NCBI GenBank assembly: GCA_002698745.1
Contig: PAAD01000042.1
Location: 162 to 64,161 of the forward strand
Length of the DNA stretch: 64,000 nucleotides
Direction: 5' to 3'
DNA from: Flavobacteriaceae bacterium
GTDB taxonomy: Bacteria > Bacteroidota > Bacteroidia > Flavobacteriales > Flavobacteriaceae
Both the position numbers and the translations under genes were made by a program. Of this stretch, positions 8,478 to 20,400 are shown one piece after another. The stretch's first letter is position 1. Each line of letters begins with the position of its first letter. The notes below the pieces were generated by a model. That model did not search any database and was not told the origin of the DNA. It saw nothing but the letters and a program-made list of their open reading frames with translations.

Positions 8478-11400
8478 ATGTTTAAAAAAGCCTATCTAAT
8501 TTTATCCTTCTTATTGCTTTGCACAAGACTATTAGCTCAACAACACATAGTCTCGGGTGAGATTGTTGATGGTGCAGGTGTTCAGCTTCCTGGTGTAACT
8601 GTGATTGAATCTGGTACAAGTAATGGGTCTGTCTCGGACCTGGATGGCAAGTATGTTTTGAATGTATCCAATAAAGATGCTTCTATAATTTTTTCGTATC
8701 TCGGCTTTAAGACTGTAACAATTTCAGTAAATAATCAGAGATATATTAACATAATTCTTGAGGAAGATTTTGAAGAACTTGATGATGTTCAGGTTGTCGC
8801 TTTCCAAAAACAAAAACGAAATAGTGTAATTGGTTCTATAAGTACAATAAAACCTGCTGAGTTACAACAGCCAACATCAAATTTTACAGCTGGCTTGGCA
8901 GGTAAGCTCGCAGGTGTAATATCTTATCAACGATCCGGTGAACCTGGTCAAGATAATGCTCAGTTTTTTATTAGAGGTGTAACGACTTTTGGTTACAAAA
9001 ATAATCCACTTATCTTAATTGATGGACTTCAAGTAACTACTGATGATTTAGCTCGAATTGAACCAGACAACATTGCAAGTTTTTCCATAATGAAGGATGC
9101 TACAGCAACCTCACTGTATGGTTCAAGAGGTGCAAATGGGGTAATTTTAGTTACTACTAAAGAAGGAATAAAAGGTAGAGCTAAGGTTTCTGTGCGCTAC
9201 GAAAATAAATTTTCAATGCCGTCTAAAGTCAATAAATTTTTAGAAGGAGTTTCTTATATGAATCTTTACAATGAAGCCCTTCGTATGCGAGATGAAACCG
9301 CTTTGCCAGTTTACTCCAGATATAAAATTGATGGAACTCAGCAAAATTTAGACCCCAACCTCTTTCCAAACTTTGATTGGCAAAATAGTTTAATTAAGGA
9401 TTACACAGAAAATAAAAAATTAAATTTAAATGTTTCTGGGGGTGGAGAAGTAGCTCAGTATTATTTGTCTGTTTCTCATAATATAGATAATGGACTTCTA
9501 AATGTAGACCCACTGAGTAATTTTAATAGCAATATTAAAATTAATAGATCTAATCTAAGGGCTAATATTAATATTGACTTGACAAGTAGTACTGAAGTAG
9601 CCGTAAAGTTTTCCTCTCTTTTCGAACGTTATAACGGTCCTATTAATTCAGGTAGCGATATATTTAAAAGCGTAATGAAGGCAAATCCAGTTAATTTTCC
9701 TGCTTACTATAATAATGTTCCAAATCAGGAAATTTTTAATCATACACTTTTTGGAAACAAGGGACTTGGAGGTTATCCAAACCCATATGCTGACATGGTA
9801 AAGGGTTATAGAGATTATTCACAATCAACAATTTTATCCCAAGCCCAACTTAGACAAAATTTGGATTTTATAACACCTGGTTTAGAATTACGTGCAATGG
9901 CTTCTGTAAAGAGTTATTCACGGAATTCTACGCAACGTGAATATACACCATTTTATTACGGAGTTGCTGAAATTGACTCTGAACAGGGAGTAAATTATTT
10001 TCTTTACCAAATTCAAGAGGGTACCGAATATTTAAATAACCCAGAAGTTAGTACAGAAAGTAATAGCAACACATATTACGAATTAATAACTGAATACAAT
10101 AGGGGATTCAATGGGGGTAAGCATAATTTAGGGGCTTTATTTGTTTATTATGCTAGTGAGTCATTAAATACTCTGAATAATGAAAATGCATTTTCAACTC
10201 TTCCACGACGAAATATGGGCCTTTCTGGCAGAGTATCCTATAATTATAAAGAAAAATATTTTACAGAACTTAATTTTGGTTATAACGGTTCTGAACGATT
10301 TGCACAAAAAGAACGTTTTGGCTTTTTTCCATCTATTGGAGGAGGATGGATGCTTTCTGAAGAAAGATTTATAAAATCTTTACTGCCTAAAGTCACTATG
10401 CTAAAATTACGTTTTAGTTATGGTCTAGTAGGTAACGATGGAATTTCTTCTGAACAAGACCGTTTTTTTTATTTATCTGATGTAAGTTTTAGTGATGGCT
10501 CAACGGGCTATACTTTTGGTAATGACTTTAACAACTATTATAATGGATATAACATTAATAGATATTCTAATCCAAACGTAACATGGGAGGTAGCAAAAAA
10601 GACTAATTATGGGCTTGAGTTTGAATATGATAGCACTCTTATGGTACAACTTGAATATTTTACTGAGAAGAGAGAAAAAATTTATCAGGCGTGGGATTAT
10701 ATACCGGATTCAATGGGTCTAACCTCTACTGTTAATAGTAATATTGGACAAGTTGAGTCAGAAGGAGTTGATATTTCATTGGATTACAATAAAGCCTTTA
10801 AAAATGATTTAATAATAACTGGAAGAGCAAACTTTACTTATTCTACAAATAAGGTTTTGGTTAACGGAGAACCAGATTATCCTTTTGATAATCTAAGTAG
10901 AATTGGTTATCCTATAAATCAAGATTGGGGACTTATTGCTGAAAGATTATTTATTGATGAAGAAGATATTTTAAATTCACCTGAACAATTTAATGGTTTG
11001 TCTTCATCTGTTGCAGGATATTTACCTGGAGACATTAAATACACTGATATTAATGGTGATGGTATTATTAATGAAAATGACTACACACCGATTGGAAAAC
11101 CATACATACCAGAAATAATATACGGTTTTGGGTTATCTGCTATGTATAAAAACTTTGACTTATCTGTCTTTTTTCAAGGATCTGCACGTTCTTCTTTTAC
11201 AATTCGAAAATTTGGACAAGATGAAGATATTGCTCCATTTATTGGTGAACGTAATGCTTTAAGTTATATAGCTGATAATCATTGGTCAGTAAATAATCCA
11301 GATATATATAGTTTTTGGCCAAGACTTTCAACAGAGAGTATTCCAAACAATGATCAGAAGTCTTCATGGTGGCTTCGCGATGGAGATTTTTTGAGATTAA

Positions 11401-11594
11401 AAAATATAGAGTTTGGCTATACTTTCTCACCTGTAAGAGGGATATTTAAAAAGACAAATACTCGTCTTTATTTTACAGGTGTAAATTTATTTTACTTTAG
11501 TAAATTCAAGTTGTGGGACCCTGAGATGGGTGATGGTGGCTTGGGCTATCCCCCTCAAAAGGTTTGGAATTTAGGATTACAATTTAATCTGTAG
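8478..11594 (+). CDS. susC: SusC/RagA-family TonB-dependent outer-membrane transporter
   Basis: 1038 aa with a signal peptide and an N-terminal carboxypeptidase-regulatory-like domain ('VSGEIVDGAGVQLPGVTVIE...DLDGKY'). The plug block 'YQRSGEPGQDNAQFFIRGVTTFG' is present. The C-terminus ends in 'NLGLQFNL'. There is no STN signalling domain. Confidence 0.95.
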   Translation: MFKKAYLILSFLLLCTRLLAQQHIVSGEIVDGAGVQLPGVTVIESGTSNGSVSDLDGKYVLNVSNKDASIIFSYLGFKTVTISVNNQRYINIILEEDFEELDDVQVVAFQKQKRNSVIGSISTIKPAELQQPTSNFTAGLAGKLAGVISYQRSGEPGQDNAQFFIRGVTTFGYKNNPLILIDGLQVTTDDLARIEPDNIASFSIMKDATATSLYGSRGANGVILVTTKEGIKGRAKVSVRYENKFSMPSKVNKFLEGVSYMNLYNEALRMRDETALPVYSRYKIDGTQQNLDPNLFPNFDWQNSLIKDYTENKKLNLNVSGGGEVAQYYLSVSHNIDNGLLNVDPLSNFNSNIKINRSNLRANINIDLTSSTEVAVKFSSLFERYNGPINSGSDIFKSVMKANPVNFPAYYNNVPNQEIFNHTLFGNKGLGGYPNPYADMVKGYRDYSQSTILSQAQLRQNLDFITPGLELRAMASVKSYSRNSTQREYTPFYYGVAEIDSEQGVNYFLYQIQEGTEYLNNPEVSTESNSNTYYELITEYNRGFNGGKHNLGALFVYYASESLNTLNNENAFSTLPRRNMGLSGRVSYNYKEKYFTELNFGYNGSERFAQKERFGFFPSIGGGWMLSEERFIKSLLPKVTMLKLRFSYGLVGNDGISSEQDRFFYLSDVSFSDGSTGYTFGNDFNNYYNGYNINRYSNPNVTWEVAKKTNYGLEFEYDSTLMVQLEYFTEKREKIYQAWDYIPDSMGLTSTVNSNIGQVESEGVDISLDYNKAFKNDLIITGRANFTYSTNKVLVNGEPDYPFDNLSRIGYPINQDWGLIAERLFIDEEDILNSPEQFNGLSSSVAGYLPGDIKYTDINGDGIINENDYTPIGKPYIPEIIYGFGLSAMYKNFDLSVFFQGSARSSFTIRKFGQDEDIAPFIGERNALSYIADNHWSVNNPDIYSFWPRLSTESIPNNDQKSSWWLRDGDFLRLKNIEFGYTFSPVRGIFKKTNTRLYFTGVNLFYFSKFKLWDPEMGDGGLGYPPQKVWNLGLQFNL

Positions 11595-11597
11595 AAT

Positions 11598-13511
11598 ATG
11601 AAAAAAGCACTTTACATACTTATTATACTTTCAACATTATCTTGTAAAGACTATTTAGATATTGTTCCCGATAAAACTCAAGAGTTATCACTTCTTTTTG
11701 AGCGAAAAAATGCTGCATACACTGCACTTGTTACTTGTTACAGTCACATCCCCGAGAATGATCATTTATATGAAACTTTTGTAATGGCTACGGATGAACT
11801 TACTACTCCATTTGCCAAAGAACCTGCAGGAACTGATTTAATGAAAGGGGAACAGCAAGCAGATAATCCTATATTAAGCTTTTGGTCTGGTTATAATCAA
11901 TACGACTCAAATAGCCAAAACAGTTTATTTGAAGGAATTAGAGCTTGCAATACCTTAATTGACAATGTAGATAACGTTCTAGATATGTCATTAACAGAAA
12001 AACTTGCCTGGAAATCAGAAGCAATGTTTTTAAAAGCATATTTTCACTATTTACTCTTAATTAAATATGGCCCTGTGCCAATTATAGATACTAACCTTCC
12101 AATATCGGCTTCTGTTGAGGAAGTAAAAGTAAAGCGAGCTACTGTTGATGAAGTATTTAATTATATAATCAATACCATAGATACTGCTATTGCGGGTCTT
12201 CCGCCAAGAGTCATTAACGACAATAACTTAGGTAGGATAGATCAAGTGATTGCAAAATCTATGAAATCTAGAATTTCTTTGTTTTTTGCTTCACCATTTT
12301 TTAATGGTAATTCAGAGCTGTACTCAAGTTTTGTTAATGCTGATGGAACTCATTTTTTTAATCAAAGCTATGATCAGTCTAGGTGGGAACTGGCTGCTAA
12401 TGCAGCTAAAGCGGCGCTTGACGCTGCTGTTGAAAATGGAATAGAGTTTTATTATTTTAATGATGAACCACTAGAAATTGATAAGCGGACATATCAAAAT
12501 TCAGATTTTTTGAAATCAATTTATAACAATAGATATGTTGTTACAGATAGATGGAATGATGAACTTATTTGGGGACATTCTAGACCAGTTGGTTCAAATG
12601 ATGATTGGTGGCAAATTCAAGCTGGTGCTCTTTTAAAAGATCCAAACTCTTCTCGTGTTGAGGCAGCTTGGCAATGGGTTTCTCCTACACTTCGTATGGC
12701 TGAACTATATTACACAAATAATGGCCTTCCAATTAATGAGGACATATCATTTGATTACGATAATAGGTATAATCTGTCTTATGTATCATCATCACAAACT
12801 CTTCAAGCCCAGTATGGACAACAAACAGCAAAACTAAATCTAAATCGTGAATCTAGATTTTATGCTCACCTAGGCTTTGACCGTGGCCACTATCGTGGAT
12901 GGGGTTATAAATGGGATTTAAAAATGCGAAAGGGAGAAATTCATGGAAGATTAGCCAATAGTAATGATTACCTTACAACAGGATATGCTCTAAAGAAAAT
13001 TGTTCATCCAGATTCTGAGGGGCAAACCTATAATTTACTTGTTGATTATCCTTGGCCACTAATAAGACTAGCAGAACTTTATTTAAATTATGCCGAATCG
13101 CTAAACGAAGCGTATGGTCCTACTCAAGAGGTATATGACGCACTAAATCTAATTAGAGAAAGGGCTGGAATACCTAGCATTGAAGAAAGTTGGTCTAATC
13201 CAGCAATTGCAAAAAACGTTAACAAGCATGCTACTAAAAACGGACTTCGCGAGATTATTCATATTGAACGCCAAATTGAGCTTTCTTTTGAGGGCCACCG
13301 TTACAATGATATGCGAAGATGGATGAAAGCGCATATAGACTTTAACACGCCTGTTTATGGATGGTCAGTTGATGCTACAGATATTAATGATTATTACACC
13401 AAAATCATAGTTGGTCAACGAACTTTTTTAAAAGAAAGGGATTACCTGCATCCAATAAAAACAAGTGAATTAACAAAAAACTCAAATCTAATTCAAAACC
13501 CTAACTGGTAG
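11598..13511 (+). CDS. susD: SusD/RagB-family nutrient-binding outer-membrane lipoprotein
   Basis: Lipobox 'LSTLSCKDYLDIVPD' and the C-terminal block 'ERQIELSFEGHRYNDMRRW...IQNPNW'. It begins 3 nt after susC. Confidence 0.95.
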   Translation: MKKALYILIILSTLSCKDYLDIVPDKTQELSLLFERKNAAYTALVTCYSHIPENDHLYETFVMATDELTTPFAKEPAGTDLMKGEQQADNPILSFWSGYNQYDSNSQNSLFEGIRACNTLIDNVDNVLDMSLTEKLAWKSEAMFLKAYFHYLLLIKYGPVPIIDTNLPISASVEEVKVKRATVDEVFNYIINTIDTAIAGLPPRVINDNNLGRIDQVIAKSMKSRISLFFASPFFNGNSELYSSFVNADGTHFFNQSYDQSRWELAANAAKAALDAAVENGIEFYYFNDEPLEIDKRTYQNSDFLKSIYNNRYVVTDRWNDELIWGHSRPVGSNDDWWQIQAGALLKDPNSSRVEAAWQWVSPTLRMAELYYTNNGLPINEDISFDYDNRYNLSYVSSSQTLQAQYGQQTAKLNLNRESRFYAHLGFDRGHYRGWGYKWDLKMRKGEIHGRLANSNDYLTTGYALKKIVHPDSEGQTYNLLVDYPWPLIRLAELYLNYAESLNEAYGPTQEVYDALNLIRERAGIPSIEESWSNPAIAKNVNKHATKNGLREIIHIERQIELSFEGHRYNDMRRWMKAHIDFNTPVYGWSVDATDINDYYTKIIVGQRTFLKERDYLHPIKTSELTKNSNLIQNPNW

Positions 13512-13514
13512 AAG

Positions 13515-14690
13515 ATGAGAAAATTTATCCTTTTATTATTTGTTTCTCTTATTGTTAGTTGCGAGAAGGAAACCACACAAAGAGTCGAACCCCTTGAAGT
13601 GATTGAAATAATACCAAAAAATGGTGGAGGAACTATTGTTTATACGCTGCCACAAAGCAATGGTGTTCTTTATGTAAAAGCTAGTTATGCAAACTCCCAA
13701 GGGCAAGAAGTTAATCGTATTTCAAGTAAGTTTAATAACCGCATTGATGTGGATGGTTTTATTGGAAATGAAACTGTTGAAGTTTCTTTACGTGTTTACG
13801 ATGAGGATGATAATGTATCTGATCCAGTTGTGGTAGATTTCATACCCCTTACTTCTTTTGTTTTTGTAGTTCTTGAAAGTATAACAATAACACCTGATTT
13901 GGGCGGAGTTAAATTAAACTGGAATAACCCCTCTGGTAAAACAGTTTTTGTTTATGTTGACATCACTAATGAAAACGGCGAAACTGAAACTCGAATACTA
14001 TCCTCAAAATCTCAAGAGGAATCAGTTTTTGTTCGTGGTTTAGATGCAGTACCATTAACATTCTCTATTCGCGTTGAAGATATTGAAGGTAACTCTACTT
14101 CTACAGAAAAAGTTGGAACTTACACTCCTTTATTTGAGCAAAAAATTGAGAAGGGCACATGGACTCTTGTTGGAAATCTTTCAGTTAATGGAAATGCATG
14201 GGAAGGAAGCACTACAAATTTTTGGGATGATATAATTGATACTGCAGCCACTAATAGTGACAATAGTTATTTTATTATTTGGCGTGATCAAAATGGAGGA
14301 TCTCTTCAGTGGCCACTTGATATTGTGGTTGATATGAACAAAAAGGCACGAATCAATCGATTTGTAGTTTGGCAAAGAGCCTATTGGTATGGAGGTGTCG
14401 CAGGAGTCCCATATTATTTTCAAGAAGAAAATATGAGATCATTTGATTTATTTGTTAGTAATGATAAAATAGATTGGAATTTAGTAGGTAGTTTCGATAT
14501 TGGTGACCCAAAAGTTGGAGGAACTGTTCCAACAGATGTACTCGATGATGCAGCAAATGGGCATGAATTTAATTTGGAAAGTGTGACTGAAGCATTTCGT
14601 TACTTTAAGTTTTCAATTACCTCAAATTATGGAAGCGATACCTATGTACATGGTTCAGAAATTAGCCTTTTTGGTATAGATAACCAATAG
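13515..14690 (+). CDS. DUF4959/DUF5126/DUF5000-type surface lipoprotein with C-terminal discoidin (F5/8 type C)-like domain; putative SGBP
   Basis: Lipobox 'LIVSCEKE'. Ig-like N-terminal modules ('PKNGGGTIVYTLP...LYVKASY') are followed by a discoidin-like C-terminus ('WPLDIVVDMNKKARINRFVVWQR...RYFKFSITSNYG'). It sits in the position directly after SusD. Confidence 0.75.
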   Translation: MRKFILLLFVSLIVSCEKETTQRVEPLEVIEIIPKNGGGTIVYTLPQSNGVLYVKASYANSQGQEVNRISSKFNNRIDVDGFIGNETVEVSLRVYDEDDNVSDPVVVDFIPLTSFVFVVLESITITPDLGGVKLNWNNPSGKTVFVYVDITNENGETETRILSSKSQEESVFVRGLDAVPLTFSIRVEDIEGNSTSTEKVGTYTPLFEQKIEKGTWTLVGNLSVNGNAWEGSTTNFWDDIIDTAATNSDNSYFIIWRDQNGGSLQWPLDIVVDMNKKARINRFVVWQRAYWYGGVAGVPYYFQEENMRSFDLFVSNDKIDWNLVGSFDIGDPKVGGTVPTDVLDDAANGHEFNLESVTEAFRYFKFSITSNYGSDTYVHGSEISLFGIDNQ

Positions 14691-14707
14691 TTCATTATTA
14701 CTTTGAT

Positions 14708-17455
14708 ATGAGGTTCAGTGTTTTTATAGCGGGATTTTTTTTTATGATTTTGAGTGTTAGTGCTGATGCACAACATCTTAAAAGGTCAGGTAAAAATATT
14801 GTAGACGAAAATGGGGAAATAGTTATCCTAAGAGGAATGGGTCTTGGAAATTGGATGCTTCAAGAACCGTATATGATGAACTATGTCGGTGGAGCAGTTT
14901 CACAAGGAGATTTCAAAAATAAATTAGAAAATCTTATTGGGTCAGAAAAAACAAATGATTATTTCAATAAATGGCATGATAATTTTGTTACTAAAGCTGA
15001 CATTGACTCTTTGTCAAGTTGGGGTTTTAATAGTGTGAGGCTAGCCATGCACTACAATTTATTTACTTTGCCAATTGAAGATGAACCTGTTCAAGGGGAA
15101 AACACTTGGCTATCAAAGGGCTTTGAACTTGTTGATAATTTATTGTCATGGTGTCAAGACAACCAAATTTATTTAATTTTGGATTTACATGCAGCTCCTG
15201 GCGGTCAGGGGCGCGATCCAAACATAAGTGATAGGGACCCCTCGAAACCTTCGCTGTGGGAAAGCGAGCTCAATAAAAGTAAGACTGTAGCTCTATGGTC
15301 CAAACTTGCCGATCGCTATAAAGACTCCCCATGGATGGGTGGATATGATCTAATTAATGAAACACATTGGGACTTTAGTGATATTTCGGACTTAAAAGAT
15401 CTTTTTGTTCGTATAACCAATGCCATAAGAGAGCATGATAATAAAAGAATATTATTTATTGAGGGCAATGGATATGCAAATGACTATACAGGACTTACCC
15501 CGCCTTGGGACTCGAACATGGCATATAGTTTTCATAAATATAAAACGTTTAATGCTCACTTTGTATTAGAGTTTGTTTTAAATATTCAGCAACAATATAA
15601 TTATCCGCTGTGGATGGGAGAGTCTGGAGAAAACTCAAATGCATGGGCAACTGATGCAGTTAAACTTTTTGAGGAGCTTGGTATTGGTTGGTCTTGGTGG
15701 ACATATAAAAAACTTAATTCTATAACTAACCCAGTTTCATTTAAATCCAATTCAAAATACGATGCCTTAATAAGTTACATGAAAGGCGAGTCTAGTTCAA
15801 AACCAACAATTGATAATATTTATGCAGGACTACTTGAACTTGCAGAAAGTACAAAAATTGAGAATGTAAATTTCCAAAAAGATTATATCGATGCGTTGTT
15901 AAGACAGCCATATACTGATTTTACAATTCCATATAGTTCTAATATAGTTCCTGGAACTATTTATGCTTCTGACTTTGATTTGGGAAATAATTTAAATGCG
16001 TATTATGACACTAATAGTTATGATTTTGAATATAGTACTGGAACATATCAAGCATCAAATTCTTTCACATACCGTAATGACGGAGTTGATGTAAATTCAA
16101 CTACTTACACAGGGGCAAATGGATATTGTATTGAATATATTGAAAAGGGCGAGTGGGCTGTTTATACAATTGATGTAGAAGATGATGGTTTGTATGATAT
16201 CGATATATTTTATTCAAGTACTTCAAACTCGGGAAAAATTTCATTTGAAATAAACGGTTTTCCAACTAGATCAAATATATCTCTTGGTAATAGTGGCAGT
16301 TATGAAAGTTTTATTGAAAAAAGGTTGGAGAAAGTTAAATTAAGTAAGGGTGAAAACAGATTTAAGTTTATATCTGAAAATTCCGGCTTTGATTTAAGTC
16401 ACTTTGTTTTTTCATTGAGCTCTAATCAAGAATTATCATCTTTTGAGTTGAATAGCTCTGTAACAGGTAATGATTTTCAATCTGTAAAATTATTTTTTAA
16501 TCAACCAATTGATAAATCCAACATTACTACAGAAACCTTTAAAGTTTTTAAAAATATTGGATATGTAGATATTTCTTCAGTTTCGTTTGAAAATAACGAT
16601 CAAACTGTAAATCTTGGACTAACAAGTACTATTGTACCTTCAGATGATCTAAGAGCTACTTATAATGATGGAACTGTTAAATCTTTAAGTTCAATTGATT
16701 TAGAATTATTTGAACTGGTTGTCATAGCAAATAACAGTCTTTCGCCAGACGACTTTTTTTTAGTTTCATCCAAAATTGAGGCAGAAGACCATGGACTTAA
16801 TTTAGGCCCATGTGTCCCTGGAAACAGGGGGTGTGGATTTCGTACTGAAAATTGTTCAGATCAAGGGGGTGGTCAAAATATCGCTTATGCAGATATGGGA
16901 GATACCGTCGCTTACATGCTAATGTTAGATAAATCAGGAAAATATCGTGTAAATTTTAGATTAGCATCAGGAAACTCAATTGGTCTTTTAAGACTTGGAT
17001 TTAAAAAAGTTATTGGCGAATTGAATTTTAACAATATTTCTGATGAAAAAGTTACAATCTCTACACCTTACACCAGTGGATGGCAAAATTGGGAAACAGT
17101 ATCAGCTGAAATAGATCTCCAAGCAGGCATATATCAAATGGATTTGACTGTAATTAGGCCCGAGTTTAATATAAATTGGGTTGAATTTGTTTTAATTGAA
17201 GAATATTTAGGGATTGATCAAGTTATAGATACTCCTACAATTATTTATCCCAATCCAGCAAAAGACAAAGTTTTTATTAGTTCACCCAACCCAATTGGTA
17301 AAGTAAGTATTTATAACATAAGTGGTCAGTTAGTTAAAACAATTAAAAATATTGAAACAAATGATTTAAAAATTGATATTTCGTCATTAAATAAGGGAGT
17401 TTACTTTATTAGTGTGTCAAAAGCAAACAAGAACTTAAAATTATTAATTAATTGA
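14708..17455 (+). CDS. GH5 glycoside hydrolase (beta-glucanase-type) + Ig-like module + two CBM6-like modules + T9SS CTD
   Basis: GH5 blocks 'FNSVRLAMHY', 'DLHAAPGGQ', the acid/base block 'DLINETHW' and the nucleophile block 'LWMGESGE'. A CBM6-like segment reads 'IEAEDHG...GGGQNIAYADMGDTVAY...SGWQNWETV...INWVEF'. The CTD is 'IIYPNPAKDKVFI...KGVYFISV'. Confidence 0.85.
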   Translation: MRFSVFIAGFFFMILSVSADAQHLKRSGKNIVDENGEIVILRGMGLGNWMLQEPYMMNYVGGAVSQGDFKNKLENLIGSEKTNDYFNKWHDNFVTKADIDSLSSWGFNSVRLAMHYNLFTLPIEDEPVQGENTWLSKGFELVDNLLSWCQDNQIYLILDLHAAPGGQGRDPNISDRDPSKPSLWESELNKSKTVALWSKLADRYKDSPWMGGYDLINETHWDFSDISDLKDLFVRITNAIREHDNKRILFIEGNGYANDYTGLTPPWDSNMAYSFHKYKTFNAHFVLEFVLNIQQQYNYPLWMGESGENSNAWATDAVKLFEELGIGWSWWTYKKLNSITNPVSFKSNSKYDALISYMKGESSSKPTIDNIYAGLLELAESTKIENVNFQKDYIDALLRQPYTDFTIPYSSNIVPGTIYASDFDLGNNLNAYYDTNSYDFEYSTGTYQASNSFTYRNDGVDVNSTTYTGANGYCIEYIEKGEWAVYTIDVEDDGLYDIDIFYSSTSNSGKISFEINGFPTRSNISLGNSGSYESFIEKRLEKVKLSKGENRFKFISENSGFDLSHFVFSLSSNQELSSFELNSSVTGNDFQSVKLFFNQPIDKSNITTETFKVFKNIGYVDISSVSFENNDQTVNLGLTSTIVPSDDLRATYNDGTVKSLSSIDLELFELVVIANNSLSPDDFFLVSSKIEAEDHGLNLGPCVPGNRGCGFRTENCSDQGGGQNIAYADMGDTVAYMLMLDKSGKYRVNFRLASGNSIGLLRLGFKKVIGELNFNNISDEKVTISTPYTSGWQNWETVSAEIDLQAGIYQMDLTVIRPEFNINWVEFVLIEEYLGIDQVIDTPTIIYPNPAKDKVFISSPNPIGKVSIYNISGQLVKTIKNIETNDLKIDISSLNKGVYFISVSKANKNLKLLIN

Positions 17456-20400
17456 TAAAAACACCAAAATTGAAACTTAAATACTTCCTTTCTGCTTTAC
17501 TTGTATTACCTTTTTTTATTAATGGTCAAAGTATTGACGTTCAAGTAAACCTTCTGGTCGGGAAGATGACCCTAGCAGAAAAAGTGGGTCAAATGACTCA
17601 GGTAGAGCGCAAAGAATTAGATCATATTTCTGATTTAGCGACCTATAATATTGGTTCTTTATTAAGTGGCGGAGGTTCTGCACCAGAGCCTAATACGTTA
17701 GATTCTTGGATTGATATGTATAATGAATACCAAACAGCATCAATGCAATCTAGCTCCGGAATTCCCATAATTTATGGAATTGATGCCGTTCATGGTCACA
17801 ATAATGTAGAGGGGGCTGTTATAGTACCTCATAACATTGGCTTGGGTGCAACCTGGAACACCGAACTTGTAAAAAGTATTTCTCAAGTCGTTGCCAGTGA
17901 GGTAGCTGCAACTGGAATAGATTGGACTTTTGCGCCATGTGTTGCTGTACCTCAAAATGAACGCTGGGGCAGGACATACGAAGGCTTTGGTGAAACTGCA
18001 GAAATTAACCAAATAATGGGTATTGCTTCTGTTGTTGGGTTTCAAGGAAATGACCTGGCACTTAAAAATACGATTTTAGCCTGTGCCAAGCACTTTATTG
18101 GAGATGGCGGTACTACGGATGGGATTGATCAAGGAAATACACAAATAACTGAGGAATTATTACGGTCACTTCACATGCCTGCATACGTTGACGCAATTGA
18201 AAATGGTGTAGGAACGATTATGGCAACTTATAATAGCTGGAATGAACAAAAAGTACATGGATATAAATACTTGCTAACAGATCTATTAAAAACAGAACTT
18301 GGTTTTGATGGTTTTATTGTCTCGGATTGGAAGGGTGTTGACCAAGTAACAGACGACTACAAAGAAGCTATCAAACAGTCTATCAATGCTGGAGTGGATA
18401 TGGTAATGGTGCCAGATAGATATGAAACCTTTATCAAATACACGACGGAACTCGTTAATGAAAATGAAATTAGTATGTCGCGTATAGACGATGCGGTCAA
18501 AAGAATTTTAAAACAAAAATTATTGCTTGGCCTTTTTGAAGAGCCGTATGCTACTAAATCAAGTACAGAAATCGACTTATTTGGATCGGTAAAGCACAGA
18601 GAGATAGCCCGTCAAGCAGTACGCGAATCCATAGTTGTGTTGGATGCTAAAAATAATGTGCTACCTCTAAAACAAGAAGGGCAGAACATAGGGTTAGCAG
18701 GAATTATAGCAGATGACCTAGGTGCACAGTGTGGTGGATGGACGATTGCTTGGCAAGGCGGAAATGGAGATATCACAGAGGGAACTTCAATTTTAGAGGG
18801 GTTTCGTAAATTAACAGGCAGTAGTAAGATTATTTTCAACAAAACAGGCGACTTTGAACAAGACATAGATGTTGCTGTTGTTGTTATTGGAGAAAAAATA
18901 CCTTATTCAGAAGGAGGCGGCGATCGCTCTTCACTCAATATTGAAAACCAAGATATTGCACTTCTAAAAAAGCTTAAAAACAAAAATATCCCCACAATAG
19001 CGGTGTTAATTTCAGGAAGGCCAATGATTCTTGGCGAGGCATTGTTTCATTCCGATGCGATGATAGCAGCTTGGTACCCTGGAACAGAGGGCGATGGTGT
19101 TGCCGAAATACTTTTCGGGTTGTATAAACTTAAAGGTAAAACAACACATTCCTGGCCAAACCACATGCGACAAATTCCGATCAACATAGGAGATATTAAT
19201 TATCGCCCCTTATATCCTTATAAACACGGCTTGACACAATTTCCTGCATCCGATAGTAGCTCGCATTTAAAAGTATATGCTTGTACTACTAATAATGAAG
19301 GTGATACTTTACTTGTCTATTTTAATGATAAAATCACAAGTAACTACAGCACGATTAAAGACTATAATTTGTTTATTAACGGCGAATTGACCAATGCTTA
19401 TGTTGAAAGTCAGGCTATTGACTCAAATAACGCATCCATACTTAAAATTAATTTATCAACCCCGATTCAGCAAGGTGATGAATTATACTTGAATATTGCT
19501 AATGGTGTTTTAGCTTCCAATTCTATGTTACTAAGCGATACAAGACAGATTTTTGTTTATAATGGGGTTAAAAATTATAACCTACTTTCAAATAGAATTG
19601 AAGCTGAATCTTACTTCGAAATGCAAGGCGTAAATACAGAGCAATGTAGTGATGACGGCGGTGGGCATAATCTAGGACATATTGATATTGGAGATTACAT
19701 GAAATATGAATTTAATGTGCCTAAAGCTGGCTATTATCAGCTTGTCTCCAGGATTGCTGGATTTAATGATGGATCTATTAATTTTAGTTTTAAAAATACA
19801 AGTTTAAACTTGCCCTTTAAAAGTACCAATGGATGGCAGAGCTGGCAAAATTTTTATGGAGAAATTTATTTAGAGGCAGGCTATCAGAACATGACTGTTA
19901 CGGCTGAATCATCACAATTTAATATTAACTATTATGATTTGGTGTTTGTGAAGGAAGCACAAGTAATACCTGGTAAAATTGAAGCGGAGAAATATGGTAC
20001 TGCTGTTGGAATAGAAACAGAGTACTGTGAAGACGATGCTAGTGACAATATAGGCTATATTGACTTCGGGGATTCGGCAATCTACCCCACAAAAGTAAAT
20101 CAATCTGGTTTCTACAAAATAAATGTAAGATATGCATCAATAAATGATGGCTATTTTCTTTTAAGTTTTGGAAATGAAACCATTGAATTTCCTTTTAAAA
20201 ACACTGGTGGGTGGCAAACATGGGGAACTAGTACCATTGAAGTATATTTAGATGTCGGAGAAGCCGATATGATATTTACTGGGGCGACGGGACTGTTAAA
20301 TATAAATTACTTTGAATTTGAATTTGCTGGTACATTTACAACAAATTATATATCTGTATTGAATGATATTCAACTTTATGCAGTCCCAGCAAGAAACAAT